The position numbers and the translations under genes are program-made. The notes below the pieces were generated by a model. That model saw nothing but the letters and a program-made list of their open reading frames with translations. It was not told the DNA's origin and did not search any database. DNA of 24,813 bases from contig JBHJOM010000135.1 in NCBI GenBank assembly GCA_050329715.1, forward strand, positions 1-24,813, in the 5' to 3' direction. Each line of letters starts with the position of its first letter. Position 1 is the stretch's first letter. Source of the stretch: Phycisphaerae bacterium. GTDB lineage: Bacteria > Planctomycetota > Phycisphaerae > Tepidisphaerales > Tepidisphaeraceae. This document shows, in pieces, positions 7,797 to 16,455 of the stretch.

Positions 7797-7850
7797 ACGC
7801 CAGGACCGTCGGCCGTCGGCCGTCGGTCCTGGCGTTTGCCGTTTGCCGTC
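7797..7850 (+). terminator. candidate intrinsic terminator after the alpha/alpha-toroid gene
   Basis: 12-bp stem ACGCCAGGACCG (7797-7808) / CGGTCCTGGCGT (7824-7835) with a 15-nt loop consisting of GTCGGCC-type tandem units. Followed by the U-rich tract GTTTGCCGTTTGCCGT rather than a clean T-run. Confidence 0.4.
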
Positions 7851-7901
7851 TGGCGATGGCCGGTTTCCCCCGGCGGCCTCACGCTGGTAGGCTCCTGCGG
7901 C

Positions 7902-8345
7902 ATGGCCCTTGTGCAGGTTCTACAGGTCCCGATTGCCGACGTGCTACCGGTCCGCGGCTCGGTGCTCCGCCAGGGCCGGCCGCCGGAGACATGGCACTTC
8001 CCCGGCGACGCCGACGCCCTGCACTTTGCCGCCCGCGTCGACGGGCAGGTCGTCGGCGTCGCCAGCCTGTACAATGACCCGCGTCGCCCCGAGGAGCAGG
8101 GCCAAAGCTGGCGGCTTCGCGGCATGGCCGTCCTGCCGGATCACCAGCAAAAACGGCTCGGCGTCCGGCTCGTCACCGCCTGCGCCGCCGCCGCCAGCGA
8201 GCACGGCGCAACCCGCCTCTGGTGCAACGCACGCCTTCCGGCACAGGGCTTTTACGCCCGCCTCGGCTTCGACACCCTTGGCGATGTGTTCGAGATTCCC
8301 GACGCCGGCCCGCACGTTGTCATGCAGTTGCGGATGATCCCTTAA
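7902..8345 (+). CDS. GNAT family N-acetyltransferase
   Basis: ATG 7902 is in frame with track ORF 7836..8345. Acetyl-CoA binding motif A (LPDHQQKRLGVRLV) and the typical fold signature WRLRGMAV..GATRLWCNARLPAQGFYARLGF. About 147 aa. Confidence 0.75.
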   Translation: MALVQVLQVPIADVLPVRGSVLRQGRPPETWHFPGDADALHFAARVDGQVVGVASLYNDPRRPEEQGQSWRLRGMAVLPDHQQKRLGVRLVTACAAAASEHGATRLWCNARLPAQGFYARLGFDTLGDVFEIPDAGPHVVMQLRMIP

Positions 8346-8507
8346 AACCTCGCAGATTCGCCCGATATCGTTGGCTTACGCCGACTCGAATCGGTAAGGT
8401 AAGCGCGGCGGCAGGATTCGGAGGCCATCCAGCCCCACAGACGTCAAATCAGCGCATTGGCTTCCGGGCGTGATCGGCCAAAAGTCGATCATTCAGCGAG
8501 GCGCCCT

Positions 8508-9038
8508 ATGCGTAACACCCGAACCGGCCTTAAACCGGAGGACGGCATGGAAGACGCCGGCCAGCCTGCCCTCATCGCCGTGCTCACGCCCGACGGCACG
8601 ATCCAATATGTCAACGAAGCGTGGGTCCGCCACGCCCGGCGCAACGGTGTCCGGGCCGACTACCGCTTCCCCGGCGAGGACTATCTGGCCGTCTGCAGCC
8701 GCGCCGCCGAAGCCGGAGACCGTCACGCCAGTGAAATGCTCGACGGCTTGCGGTGCGTCCTTAACGGGCAGACCACCTCGTTCCGCATGGCCTACCCCTG
8801 CGCCGTCCCGGGCCAGACGACCGCCTACTACGAGGCGCAGGTCAGCACGACGCCGGCCGGCATGGGGCGAATCTTCGTCACGCACGTTCGCCTGCGGCAA
8901 AGGCCCGGCAGCGGCAGACTGCAGACGTTCGGCCTGCTCGCGCCGGTGGAAAATGAACTGGCCGCGCCTGTTCCAACGTGGGCCGACGGCCGGTACGCTG
9001 GGCGGCATGGATCTGGCATTCCTCAAGAAGCTTTCTGA
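8508..9038 (+). CDS. stand-alone PAS-domain sensor protein (no output domain)
   Basis: ATG 8508 with GAGG 7 nt upstream; the track ORF begins at TTG 8457. PAS-like core ALIAVLTPDGTIQYVNEAW..YLAVCSRAAEAGDRHASEMLDGLRCVLNGQTTSFRMAY..AYYEAQVSTT..RIFVTHV. 3' end overlaps the next CDS by 32 nt. Confidence 0.55.
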   Translation: MRNTRTGLKPEDGMEDAGQPALIAVLTPDGTIQYVNEAWVRHARRNGVRADYRFPGEDYLAVCSRAAEAGDRHASEMLDGLRCVLNGQTTSFRMAYPCAVPGQTTAYYEAQVSTTPAGMGRIFVTHVRLRQRPGSGRLQTFGLLAPVENELAAPVPTWADGRYAGRHGSGIPQEAF

Positions 9039-10029
9039 AGCGTCGGGCGTTTCGGGCCGAGAAGAAGAAGTCCGCGAACTGCTCCGCCCCGAGGTCGAGA
9101 AGCGGTTCCCTGAGGTTCACGTCGACGCGATGGGCAGCCTCATCGCCACGAAGAAGGCCGTCGATGCCGATGCGAAAAAGGTGATTTTCGCCTGTCATAT
9201 CGATGAAATCGGCTTCTACGTGCGCCACGTGGATGACAAAGGTTTCTGTCGCATTCAAAACGCCGGCGGGTTTGACACGCGCAACCTCTTCGCCCGCCGT
9301 GTGAAGGTCCGCACCGCCACCGGCGACATGGTCGGCCTGCTCAACCCCGCCGGCAGGCCCATTCATATCGCGAAGGAAGAGGAAAAGAAGAAAGTGCCCG
9401 AGATGAGCGAGTTCACCATCGACTTCGGCCTGCCCGGCGAGGTGGTGAAGGAGAAAGTCCGCATCGGCGATCCGGTCACGCTCGTGCAGACGTTCGACGA
9501 AATCGGCGAAGTCGTCAGCGGCAAGTGCCTGGACAATCGCGTGGCCGCCTTCGTCGTCCTCGAGGCGATGAAGAAGTGCAAGCCCAAGTACCACGTCACC
9601 CTCGCCTGCACCGTGCAGGAGGAAGTCGGCCTTCGCGGCGCCGGCCCGGCCGCCTGGGCCGTGGAGCCGGACATCGCCGTCGCCGTCGATACCACCCTCT
9701 GCGTCGACACGCCCGACGTGCCCGAACATGAACGCGTGAACGTGCAGGGGGCCGGCGTCAGCATCAAGATCATGGACGGCTCGACCATCGGCCACCGCGG
9801 CCTGATCGACACGTTCCTCGACGTCGCCAAGGCCAAAGGCATCCCGCACCAGTTGAGCATCCTGCCCCGCGGCGGCACGGACGCCGGCGCCATGCAGCGC
9901 CTCCGAGCCGGCGTGCCAACCGCCATACTCGCCGTACCCACGCGGTACATCCACACCGTCACCGAGAGCATCCACAAGCGCGACCTGCAGGCCACCATTG
10001 ACCTGATCGCCGCGTGGCTCGAGGCGTAA
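9007..10029 (+). CDS. M42 family metallo-aminopeptidase (FrvX/YsdC/glutamyl-aminopeptidase type)
   Basis: ATG 9007 (MDLAFLKK), in frame with the tail of track ORF 8470..10029. M42 signature blocks: ACHIDEIGFYV, LDNRVAAFVVLEAM, VQEEVGLRGAG, RGGTDAGA. Confidence 0.85.
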   Translation: MDLAFLKKLSEASGVSGREEEVRELLRPEVEKRFPEVHVDAMGSLIATKKAVDADAKKVIFACHIDEIGFYVRHVDDKGFCRIQNAGGFDTRNLFARRVKVRTATGDMVGLLNPAGRPIHIAKEEEKKKVPEMSEFTIDFGLPGEVVKEKVRIGDPVTLVQTFDEIGEVVSGKCLDNRVAAFVVLEAMKKCKPKYHVTLACTVQEEVGLRGAGPAAWAVEPDIAVAVDTTLCVDTPDVPEHERVNVQGAGVSIKIMDGSTIGHRGLIDTFLDVAKAKGIPHQLSILPRGGTDAGAMQRLRAGVPTAILAVPTRYIHTVTESIHKRDLQATIDLIAAWLEA

Positions 10030-10072
10030 CGCCGTTCGCGGCAGCGGGCAGGTCGGGTAGGCTCAACGGCTT

Positions 10073-10951
10073 ATGAGCAAAAAGCACGAGCCCGAAAAGA
10101 ACGCCGCCGAGTCCCTGGCAGGCTCCACGCGCGACGCCGCGGCTGGTAACGCCCACAGTCCGCACATGGTCTGGCCCGGTTCGAAACTGGTGCTCGCCGA
10201 CGCCCCCACCGCCCCGCCGGACGACGCCGACAAGTCCGATTCCAAGGACGCGGCGGACAAGCTCACTGAACGCCTCATCAAGCTGCAGGAACGGCTCTAC
10301 GTCGACGGCCGATACGCCATGCTGGTGATCTTCCAGGCGATGGACGCCGGCGGGAAGGACAGCACCACGCGTCGCGTCTTCGCCGGCGTGAACCCGCAGG
10401 GCGTGCGGGTCAGCAGTTTCAAGGTGCCCTCGTCCCTGGAACAACGCCACGACCACCTGTGGCGCATCCACGCCGAGTGTCCGGCCCGCGGCATGATCCG
10501 CATCTTCAACCGCTCGCAGTACGAAAACGTGGTCGTGGAGCGCGTCGAAGAGATCACGCCGCCTGAGCGATGGCAGAAGCGGTTCGACCACATCAACGCC
10601 TTCGAGAAACTGCTGGCGGACGAGGGGACGGTGGTGCTCAAGTTCTTCCTGCACATCAGCAAGGACGAGCAGAAGGAGCGCCTCCAGGACCGCCTCGACG
10701 ACCCGGAGAAGCACTGGAAGTTCAACCCCAGCGACCTTGACACCCGCGCCAAGTGGGCCGCGTACATGGAAGCCTACGGGGAGGCAATCAGCCGCTGCTC
10801 CACGCCGTACGCGCCCTGGTTCGTCGTCCCGGCGGACAAGAAGTGGTACCGCGACATGGTCGTGCTGCGGGCGATCGTCGAAGCGCTCGAAGCGCTGGAC
10901 CTGCGTTACCCGCCGCCGGCCGATGGGCTCGACAAAATTACCATCCCGTAA
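10073..10951 (+). CDS. ppk2: polyphosphate kinase 2 (PPK2) family polyphosphate:nucleotide phosphotransferase, single-domain
   Basis: Walker A-like block MLVIFQAMDAGGKDSTTRRV and lid block FNRSQYENVVVERV are typical of the PPK2 P-loop kinase fold. 292 aa. Stop TAA 10949-10951. Confidence 0.85.
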   Translation: MSKKHEPEKNAAESLAGSTRDAAAGNAHSPHMVWPGSKLVLADAPTAPPDDADKSDSKDAADKLTERLIKLQERLYVDGRYAMLVIFQAMDAGGKDSTTRRVFAGVNPQGVRVSSFKVPSSLEQRHDHLWRIHAECPARGMIRIFNRSQYENVVVERVEEITPPERWQKRFDHINAFEKLLADEGTVVLKFFLHISKDEQKERLQDRLDDPEKHWKFNPSDLDTRAKWAAYMEAYGEAISRCSTPYAPWFVVPADKKWYRDMVVLRAIVEALEALDLRYPPPADGLDKITIP

Positions 10952-10963
10952 CGCGGCTTGGCG

Positions 10964-12649
10964 TCAGTTCTTCTTGCCCTCCCCGACAGACTTACTGGCC
11001 GCCTGCGCCAGTGCCTCCGCGGGGGAAATCGGTCCTTTGCCGTCCGTGGCCGGCCTCGCGTCGGCATGGCGGCTGTGGTCGCCGTCGGCCAGCCGCACGA
11101 TCGACTCGGGGATCTCCACGCCGCCGATGTCTCGCATCGTCTGCAGCATGGGCGGGAGGGTTCGGCCCAGGTTCTGGAGGAAGTTGCTCGTGGCCGTCTG
11201 CCCGTTGGCATTGCTGCCGTTCTCCCACACCACGACCTTGTCAAACTTGATGTTGCTGATGGCCTTGGCAGAAGCGTCGGCCAGGTGCTCGAGCTGTTCG
11301 AGCAGCAGCATCTGGAAGGCCTGGTCCGCCCCGCCGCACGCCTCGATGATGGCCTTCAGGCCCTCGCCCTTCCTGGCCAGCATCTCGAACTCGCCACGGG
11401 CCTCGGCCTCGCGCTTGGCGAAGATGGCGTGCGCCTCGGCGTCGGCATCGAGCTTGCGCTTCTCGGCGTCGGCCTGGGCTTCAACGATGAGCTTGGCCTT
11501 CTGTGCCTTGGCCGGGGCCTCGAGTGCCGCACGGTGCTCCGCCTCGACACGCTCGGCCTCGGCCAGCGCGGCCTTGGCCATGGCGCGGTTCTGCGCTTCC
11601 TGCACGGCGGCTTCTGCCTCACGCTTGCGCGTCTCGGAGGCCTGGTAGGCCTCGGCCTCTTTGATCCGCAGCGTCGCGTTCGTGTTCGCGATCTCCGCCT
11701 TGGCCGTCGCCTCACCGGCAATGGCCTTGGCGTTCGCGTCGGCGACCGTCACACGCTTCTCACGCTCGGCGTTGGTGACCTGCGTCTCGCGCTGGTAGGC
11801 GGCCGTCTGCTCGGCGATCTGCTGGTCGCGGTCCATCTCGGCGACGCGCACGGCCTGGTCACGCAGTGCCGCCCGCATGCCGATCTCACGGTCCTTGTTC
11901 GCCGCGGCCACCATGACCTCCTTCTCACGCATCGCCTCGGCCACACGCACCTCGCCAAGCTTTTCCTGCTCGGCCACGTCGCCGCGGGCCTGCTGCACGG
12001 CTTGGCTGGCGGCCTTCTTGCCGATGGCCTGGATGTACCCCGACTCGTCGGTGATGTCGGTGATGTTCACGTTGATCAGCGTCAGGCCGATCTTCTTGAG
12101 TTCCGGCTCGAGCGAGTTCTGGATGTTCTGCAGGAACGCCTCGCGGTCGCGGTTGATCTCCTCGATCTTCATCGACGCGATCACCTGGCGCAGCTGCCCG
12201 AAGATGATGTCCTGCGCCTGCTGCTGGATCTCCTCGTTCGTCAGGCCCAGCAGGCGGATCGCGGCGTTCTGCATCACGGCCGGCTCGGTACCCACCGCCA
12301 CCGTGAAGACACTGGGCACGCTTACGCGGATGTTCTCCATCGAGAGCGCATCTTTCAGCGGGATGGCGATCTGCAGCGGCTCGAGGCTCAGCCAGCCGAA
12401 GTCCTGGAACACCGGCACGACGAACGCCGCACCGCCGTGTACGCACTTGGCGGAGTTTTCGCCCGTGCCCTTGCCGTAGATGACCAGCACGCGGTTACTC
12501 GGGCAGCGCTTGTAGCGTGCCGCGACGAGGGCGAGGAAGCCCAGCACCGCCACGACGAAAACGCCCACCGCCAGCACGACGAGGATGAACCCACCGGGCG
12601 AATCGGCCTGGGCGACGGACGTTACGTTCATTGCAATGTCATGAATCAT
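10964..12649 (-). CDS. floT: flotillin (SPFH/band-7 domain, FloT/YuaG-like) with long Ala/Glu-rich coiled-coil region
   Basis: ATG at 12649 (MIHDIAMNV..), preceded by GGGGGAAG. N-terminal TM helix GGFILVVLAVGVFVVAVLGFLALVAA. SPFH core (VLVIYGKGTGENSAKCVHGGAAFVVPVFQDF..LSMENIRVSVPSVFTV..). Extended EA-repeat flotillin coiled coil. Overlaps the stop of the upstream nfeD-like gene by 11 nt. Confidence 0.9.
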   Translation of the reverse strand: MIHDIAMNVTSVAQADSPGGFILVVLAVGVFVVAVLGFLALVAARYKRCPSNRVLVIYGKGTGENSAKCVHGGAAFVVPVFQDFGWLSLEPLQIAIPLKDALSMENIRVSVPSVFTVAVGTEPAVMQNAAIRLLGLTNEEIQQQAQDIIFGQLRQVIASMKIEEINRDREAFLQNIQNSLEPELKKIGLTLINVNITDITDESGYIQAIGKKAASQAVQQARGDVAEQEKLGEVRVAEAMREKEVMVAAANKDREIGMRAALRDQAVRVAEMDRDQQIAEQTAAYQRETQVTNAEREKRVTVADANAKAIAGEATAKAEIANTNATLRIKEAEAYQASETRKREAEAAVQEAQNRAMAKAALAEAERVEAEHRAALEAPAKAQKAKLIVEAQADAEKRKLDADAEAHAIFAKREAEARGEFEMLARKGEGLKAIIEACGGADQAFQMLLLEQLEHLADASAKAISNIKFDKVVVWENGSNANGQTATSNFLQNLGRTLPPMLQTMRDIGGVEIPESIVRLADGDHSRHADARPATDGKGPISPAEALAQAASKSVGEGKKN

Positions 12650-13235
12650 GGGAACTTCCCCCGAATGGTGAGGCGACCACTTCCAGCGTCCCCGGGTCCA
12701 CGACCTGGACGACACGCACACTTGTACCCGTGGGAAGCTCCGGCCCGAACGTGACGGCGGCCAGTTCCACGGTTCGACTTTGGACTTCCAGCGTCACCTT
12801 GCCGCGGCCTTTGTACGCCGCCGGCACGGTGAGGTAGACCTTGCCCGTCTGCCCTACGGCCCGCGCGATGCGCAGCGAGCCGCTGGCGTTCAACTTCGGC
12901 AGCAGGCTCATCAGTTGCCCGACCAGCACAAGCGCGACGAACCCTGCGAGCGAGGCGACGCCGACTGAGGCCAGCGGTGCCATGTCCCACCGCTGGCAGG
13001 CCAGGCCGATAAGGCCGAAGATCGCCGCCGCCGTACCCAGCGAACGCAGGCTGAGCATGCCGACAAGCCAGCCGTGCCCGCCGTGACCGCCTTCGGTCAA
13101 CTGTCCGGGGTCCAGGTCGTGTCCGCCTGCGTCGTCGGCTATGTCCAGATCGCCGCCGAGGCCGCCGAGCAACGTCTGCGCGACGACGACGGTGATGCCT
13201 GCAGCTGCGAAGATCAGGAAGACAACACTGAGCAT
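12639..13235 (-). CDS. NfeD-like (YuaF-type) membrane protein, flotillin partner
   Basis: ATG at 13235 (MLSVVFLIFAAAGITVVVAQ..), in frame within track ORF 12639..13388. Multiple TM helices, then a C-terminal beta-barrel/OB-like tail (GKVYLTVPAAYKGRGKVTLEVQSRTVELAAVTFGPELPTGTSVRVVQV) typical of NfeD short homologues. The nfeD-flotillin gene order is a conserved operon. Confidence 0.7.
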   Translation of the reverse strand: MLSVVFLIFAAAGITVVVAQTLLGGLGGDLDIADDAGGHDLDPGQLTEGGHGGHGWLVGMLSLRSLGTAAAIFGLIGLACQRWDMAPLASVGVASLAGFVALVLVGQLMSLLPKLNASGSLRIARAVGQTGKVYLTVPAAYKGRGKVTLEVQSRTVELAAVTFGPELPTGTSVRVVQVVDPGTLEVVASPFGGSSHDS

Positions 13236-13384
13236 GGTTTCAGACCCTGAAGCTATCGTGCAAGACTCGCCGCGGCGGGCCTGTCGGTCAAGCCGCCCGG
13301 CGGCCGCAGCTTTCAACGCCCCCCACCGTACCCGCTGACGGTCATGCGGTTCGCCTATAAACCCGCACGATTCTTCTACCGCCG

Positions 13385-13396
13385 GCACGCGCGTGC
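13385..13396. promoter_or_regulatory. perfect 12-bp palindrome GCACGCGCGTGC inside a larger inverted repeat, in the divergent nfeD-floT / MFS promoter region
   Basis: Read directly. CCCGCACG (13362-13369) and CGTGCGGG (13392-13399) form an outer inverted repeat around it. Lies 150 nt upstream of the nfeD ATG and 70 nt upstream of the MFS ATG. Candidate operator; no factor identified. Confidence 0.3.
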
Positions 13397-13465
13397 GGGA
13401 TAGGTTCGGGCGGATCTCAGCCGCGGCTTTGTGCTGCCGGCATGCCGCCGCTCTAATGCCTGCCC

Positions 13466-14824
13466 GTGCCAGACGTTACGCCACGCCATGACGCTTACGC
13501 CGCCTTCCGCATCCCGGCTTACCGGCGTTACATGCTCAGCTCGGTGCTCGTGGCCATCGGCACCAGCGCACAGACGCTGGCCATCGGCTGGGAGATGTAC
13601 ACCCGCACCGACGAGCCGCTGGCGCTGGGGCTCATCGGGCTGGTGCAGGCAATTCCGATGCTCGTGCTCACGCTCCCGGCCGGCTACCTGGCCGACGTGT
13701 TCGACCGCCGCCGCCTGATGATCCTGAGCATGCTGCTGACCAGCGCCACGAGCCTTGGCCTGGCGGCGTTCAGCTACTTCGAGGGGTCCATCGCGATCAT
13801 GTACCTGCTGCTGTTCCTGGACAGCTGCGCGCTGCGGCTCGGCTGGCCGGCCCGGGCGGCACTGCTGCCGCAGCTGGTCCCGCCGGAGGTGTTTGAGAAC
13901 GCGGTCAAGTGGCGAACAAGCCTCGGGCAGATCAGCGGCATGGTCGGGCCGGCGCTGGGCGGGTTCATCATCGCCTGGAGCATCCCGGCGGCGTACGTGC
14001 TGAGTGCGGCCTCGACGTTCGCGTTCATCTTCGTGCTCATGACGATCCGCATTCCGCCAAGTACGCGGGCGGCCCGCGGGCGGATGTTCCGCCAGGTGGC
14101 CGAGGGGGTGTCGTTCGTCTGGCGGAAGAAGGTGCTGCTGGGCGCGATCTCGCTGGACATGTTCGGCGTGCTGCTGGGCGGGGCGGTCTTCCTGCTGCCG
14201 GTCTTCGCGCGGGACATCATCGACCTGAGCGGCACGGGCTTCTCACCCGAGCAGGCGCTGGGCTGGCTGCGTGCCGCCCCGGCCGCGGGGGCGATGGTGA
14301 TGGCGCTGCTGCTGGCCTACTCACCCCCCTTCCGCCGCGCCGGCCGGACTATGCTGCTTGCCGTCGCCGGCTTCGGTGCCGCGACGATCGTTTTCGGCTT
14401 CAGCCAGAACCTTTGGCTCTCGATGAGCATGCTCTTCCTCACCGGCGTGTTCGACAACATCAGCGTGGTGATCCGCCACACGCTGGTGCAGCTCTCGACG
14501 CCGAACGAGATGCGCGGGCGGGTCTCGGCGGTGAACTCGATGTTCATCAGCAGCTCGAACGAGCTCGGCGGCTTCGAGAGTGGCACGGTGGCGCACTTCT
14601 TCGGGCCGGTGTTCAGTGTGGTGTCCGGCGGGGTCGGCACGATCGTGATTGTGCTCGCCTGGGCGGGGCTGTTTCCGAAGCTGCGGCGGGTCGGAACCCT
14701 CGCGGAGTCCGCACTGGAGGCCGCCGCCGGCGAGGCGACGACGCCCACGGCCACGCCTGCAGCGGCCGTCGAACCGGCCGCCGAACCGGCCGCCGACCAG
14801 GCGACTTCACGTCGCCGGCGGTAG
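13466..14824 (+). CDS. MFS transporter, EntS/YbdA-like (ENTS family) 12-TM exporter
   Basis: ATG 13466. Conserved ENTS-type block LPAGYLADVFDRRRLMILS and multiple predicted TM helices. Ala/Pro/Thr-rich hydrophilic C-terminal tail. Stop TAG 14822-14824. Confidence 0.8.
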   Translation: MPDVTPRHDAYAAFRIPAYRRYMLSSVLVAIGTSAQTLAIGWEMYTRTDEPLALGLIGLVQAIPMLVLTLPAGYLADVFDRRRLMILSMLLTSATSLGLAAFSYFEGSIAIMYLLLFLDSCALRLGWPARAALLPQLVPPEVFENAVKWRTSLGQISGMVGPALGGFIIAWSIPAAYVLSAASTFAFIFVLMTIRIPPSTRAARGRMFRQVAEGVSFVWRKKVLLGAISLDMFGVLLGGAVFLLPVFARDIIDLSGTGFSPEQALGWLRAAPAAGAMVMALLLAYSPPFRRAGRTMLLAVAGFGAATIVFGFSQNLWLSMSMLFLTGVFDNISVVIRHTLVQLSTPNEMRGRVSAVNSMFISSSNELGGFESGTVAHFFGPVFSVVSGGVGTIVIVLAWAGLFPKLRRVGTLAESALEAAAGEATTPTATPAAAVEPAAEPAADQATSRRRR

Positions 14825-14834
14825 GTCAGGCGTT

Positions 14835-14861
14835 GCGGCACGGGCGGCACGGGCGGCACAG
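14835..14861. repeat. 9-mer tandem repeat GCGGCACGG x2 plus GCGGCACAG immediately 3' of the MFS gene
   Basis: Read directly at 14835-14861. The complementary CGTGCCGC occurs about 35 nt downstream (about 14896-14903), so a long-range hairpin is possible. Confidence 0.6.
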
Positions 14862-15011
14862 GCAGTTCATTCGCTTTTGGCGGCAGGACCGCTTCGCAGC
14901 GTGCCGCTTAGCGTCCTTGCCCGGCTTGCCTGCGAATCGTACCTCTGAGGCGTCCTGTTCAGCCGGAATCCGGGCGGCCAGCCGGCCGTCCACCTAGCCC
15001 CGTATGCGGAG

Positions 15012-15314
15012 ATGAACCCCTTGCACTCATTCGATCTTGCCGGGCCAACCCAGCCGCGGCCCAACGGGCTGTTCGTGCTCGCCGTCGTCGTTCTGGCCGC
15101 CGGGCTGGCCAGCTACCTGATCAGCTACGGCCTGGCGGACACGCTCATCGCCGCGGAGTTGCTCAAGCCCGCCGTCGGCTCAGACCCCCGACCGCGATGG
15201 CTCGTGCTGACTTTCGCGTCGGTGATGAGCGCCGCCGGGTTCATGTGGCTGCTGGGCCGGGTGCTGGCGGGCCGGCAGGTCCGCAAGCTCGACGCGATCT
15301 GCGAGGAGGCGTGA
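15012..15314 (+). CDS. small two-TM membrane protein, hypothetical (100 aa)
   Basis: ATG 15012 with GGAG directly abutting it. Two hydrophobic helices (LFVLAVVVLAAGLASYLISYGLA; WLVLTFASVMSAAGFMWLLG). No recognisable family. Terminates 1 nt before the convergent oxidoreductase stop. Confidence 0.4.
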   Translation: MNPLHSFDLAGPTQPRPNGLFVLAVVVLAAGLASYLISYGLADTLIAAELLKPAVGSDPRPRWLVLTFASVMSAAGFMWLLGRVLAGRQVRKLDAICEEA

Positions 15315-15315
15315 C

Positions 15316-16359
15316 TCACAGCGGCAGGTCCTTGAAGAGCACCTCTTTGCCGGTAGCGCTCGACTCGTACAGTGCGTCGAGGATGCGCATCGTCATCAGC
15401 CCGTGTTCCATGCTGCACAGCGGGTCTCGGGCGTCGAGGCAGGCGGCGACGAAGTCGTCCTGCACGGTCGGGACGTTCTCTGGATTGAGGATCGCCGTGT
15501 CGGCGAAGTGGCCGTGCTTCCGCGTGAAGAACTGCGCGTTACCGTCGCCGTAGCTGTCGATGCTGCGCTTCAGCCCGCCGTTCGTGCCGTAAACCTGCAG
15601 GAGGCGTTGCTCGGGATGGTCGTGGTGGCTGGCCCAGGAGATTTCCATCTCGAGCGTCGCGCCGGTGTCGAAGCGGACGAAGCTGACGGCGAAGTCGTCC
15701 ACGTCCATGTCCAGGTGGGGCACGTCTACCTTGTTGAACTTCGTGTAGACCTGGGCCGAGAGGCTTTTGATCTTGGGGTGCCCCATGACGTACAGCGCCG
15801 AGTCGAGCATGTGCACGCCCAGGTCGATCATCGCGCCGCCGCCGGCGTATGCCTTGCTCACGAACCCCGGCCGTCCGGGGATGCCCCGCCGCCGGTGCCA
15901 GAAGGTGCGAGCGAAGTAGACGTCGCCCAGTTCCCCCGCCTCCACGTACCGCCGCATGGCGTGCACCTGCGGGTTCATCCGGTGGTTGAAGTGGATGCCG
16001 AGCTTGCGACCCGTCTGCTTGGCCGTGCGGATCATTTCCAGTGCTTCGCCGGTGTTCATGGCCATCGGCTTCTCGCACAGCACGTGAACGCCCGCCTTGA
16101 GTGCCGCGATGGTCAGCGGCGCATGGCTGGCGTTGGGCGTGCCGACGCTGACGGCGTCGATCAAGCCACTTTCGAACATCTTCTGCGCGTCGGTGAAGGT
16201 GTGCTCGAGCTTGAACTCATCGTTCGCCTCGGCAAGGCGTTTCTCGTCGGCGTCGCACATGGCCACCAGCTCCGCCCGCTCGCACTTGGCGTACTGCCGC
16301 ATGTGGTGCTTCCCGATACCCGTCCCGATGACCCCGACCCGCAGTTTCTTTTCGCTCAT
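15316..16359 (-). CDS. Gfo/Idh/MocA family NAD(P)-dependent oxidoreductase (sugar/nucleotide-sugar dehydrogenase-like)
   Basis: ATG at 16359 (MSEKKLRVGVIGTGIGKHHM..); track ORF starts at 16395. Rossmann GxGxxG at the N-terminus and the EKP motif (HVLCEKPMA) characteristic of Gfo/Idh/MocA. The C-terminal alpha/beta domain is consistent. Confidence 0.85.
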   Translation of the reverse strand: MSEKKLRVGVIGTGIGKHHMRQYAKCERAELVAMCDADEKRLAEANDEFKLEHTFTDAQKMFESGLIDAVSVGTPNASHAPLTIAALKAGVHVLCEKPMAMNTGEALEMIRTAKQTGRKLGIHFNHRMNPQVHAMRRYVEAGELGDVYFARTFWHRRRGIPGRPGFVSKAYAGGGAMIDLGVHMLDSALYVMGHPKIKSLSAQVYTKFNKVDVPHLDMDVDDFAVSFVRFDTGATLEMEISWASHHDHPEQRLLQVYGTNGGLKRSIDSYGDGNAQFFTRKHGHFADTAILNPENVPTVQDDFVAACLDARDPLCSMEHGLMTMRILDALYESSATGKEVLFKDLPL

Positions 16360-16455
16360 GACCAAAAAGATACCGGCGTTGGCGACTGATTCCACACCGC
16401 GACAGGCCGCCCACTACCGCCGCGGCACCCCGCCCGGTTAACTTGCCCCAGCTTC

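Noticed and set aside
8370-8440. tRNA-like look of CCGACTCGAATCGG / GGATTCGGAGGCC (resembling a T-loop TTCGAAT)
   Set aside because: No 5-bp T-stem, no acceptor stem/CCA context and no D-loop could be built by hand. Most likely 5' UTR of the PAS gene.
10030-10072. GCCGTTCGCGGC hairpin (UUCG tetraloop) after the M42 gene, as a terminator
   Set aside because: The stem is only 4 bp with no U-tract and PPK2 starts 43 nt downstream. More likely read-through within one transcriptional unit.
13386-13388. GTG at 13388 as the nfeD start (track ORF start)
   Set aside because: It would add 51 hydrophilic Arg/Ala-rich residues with no membrane character and would sit inside the palindrome. ATG 13235, directly before the first TM helix, is preferred.
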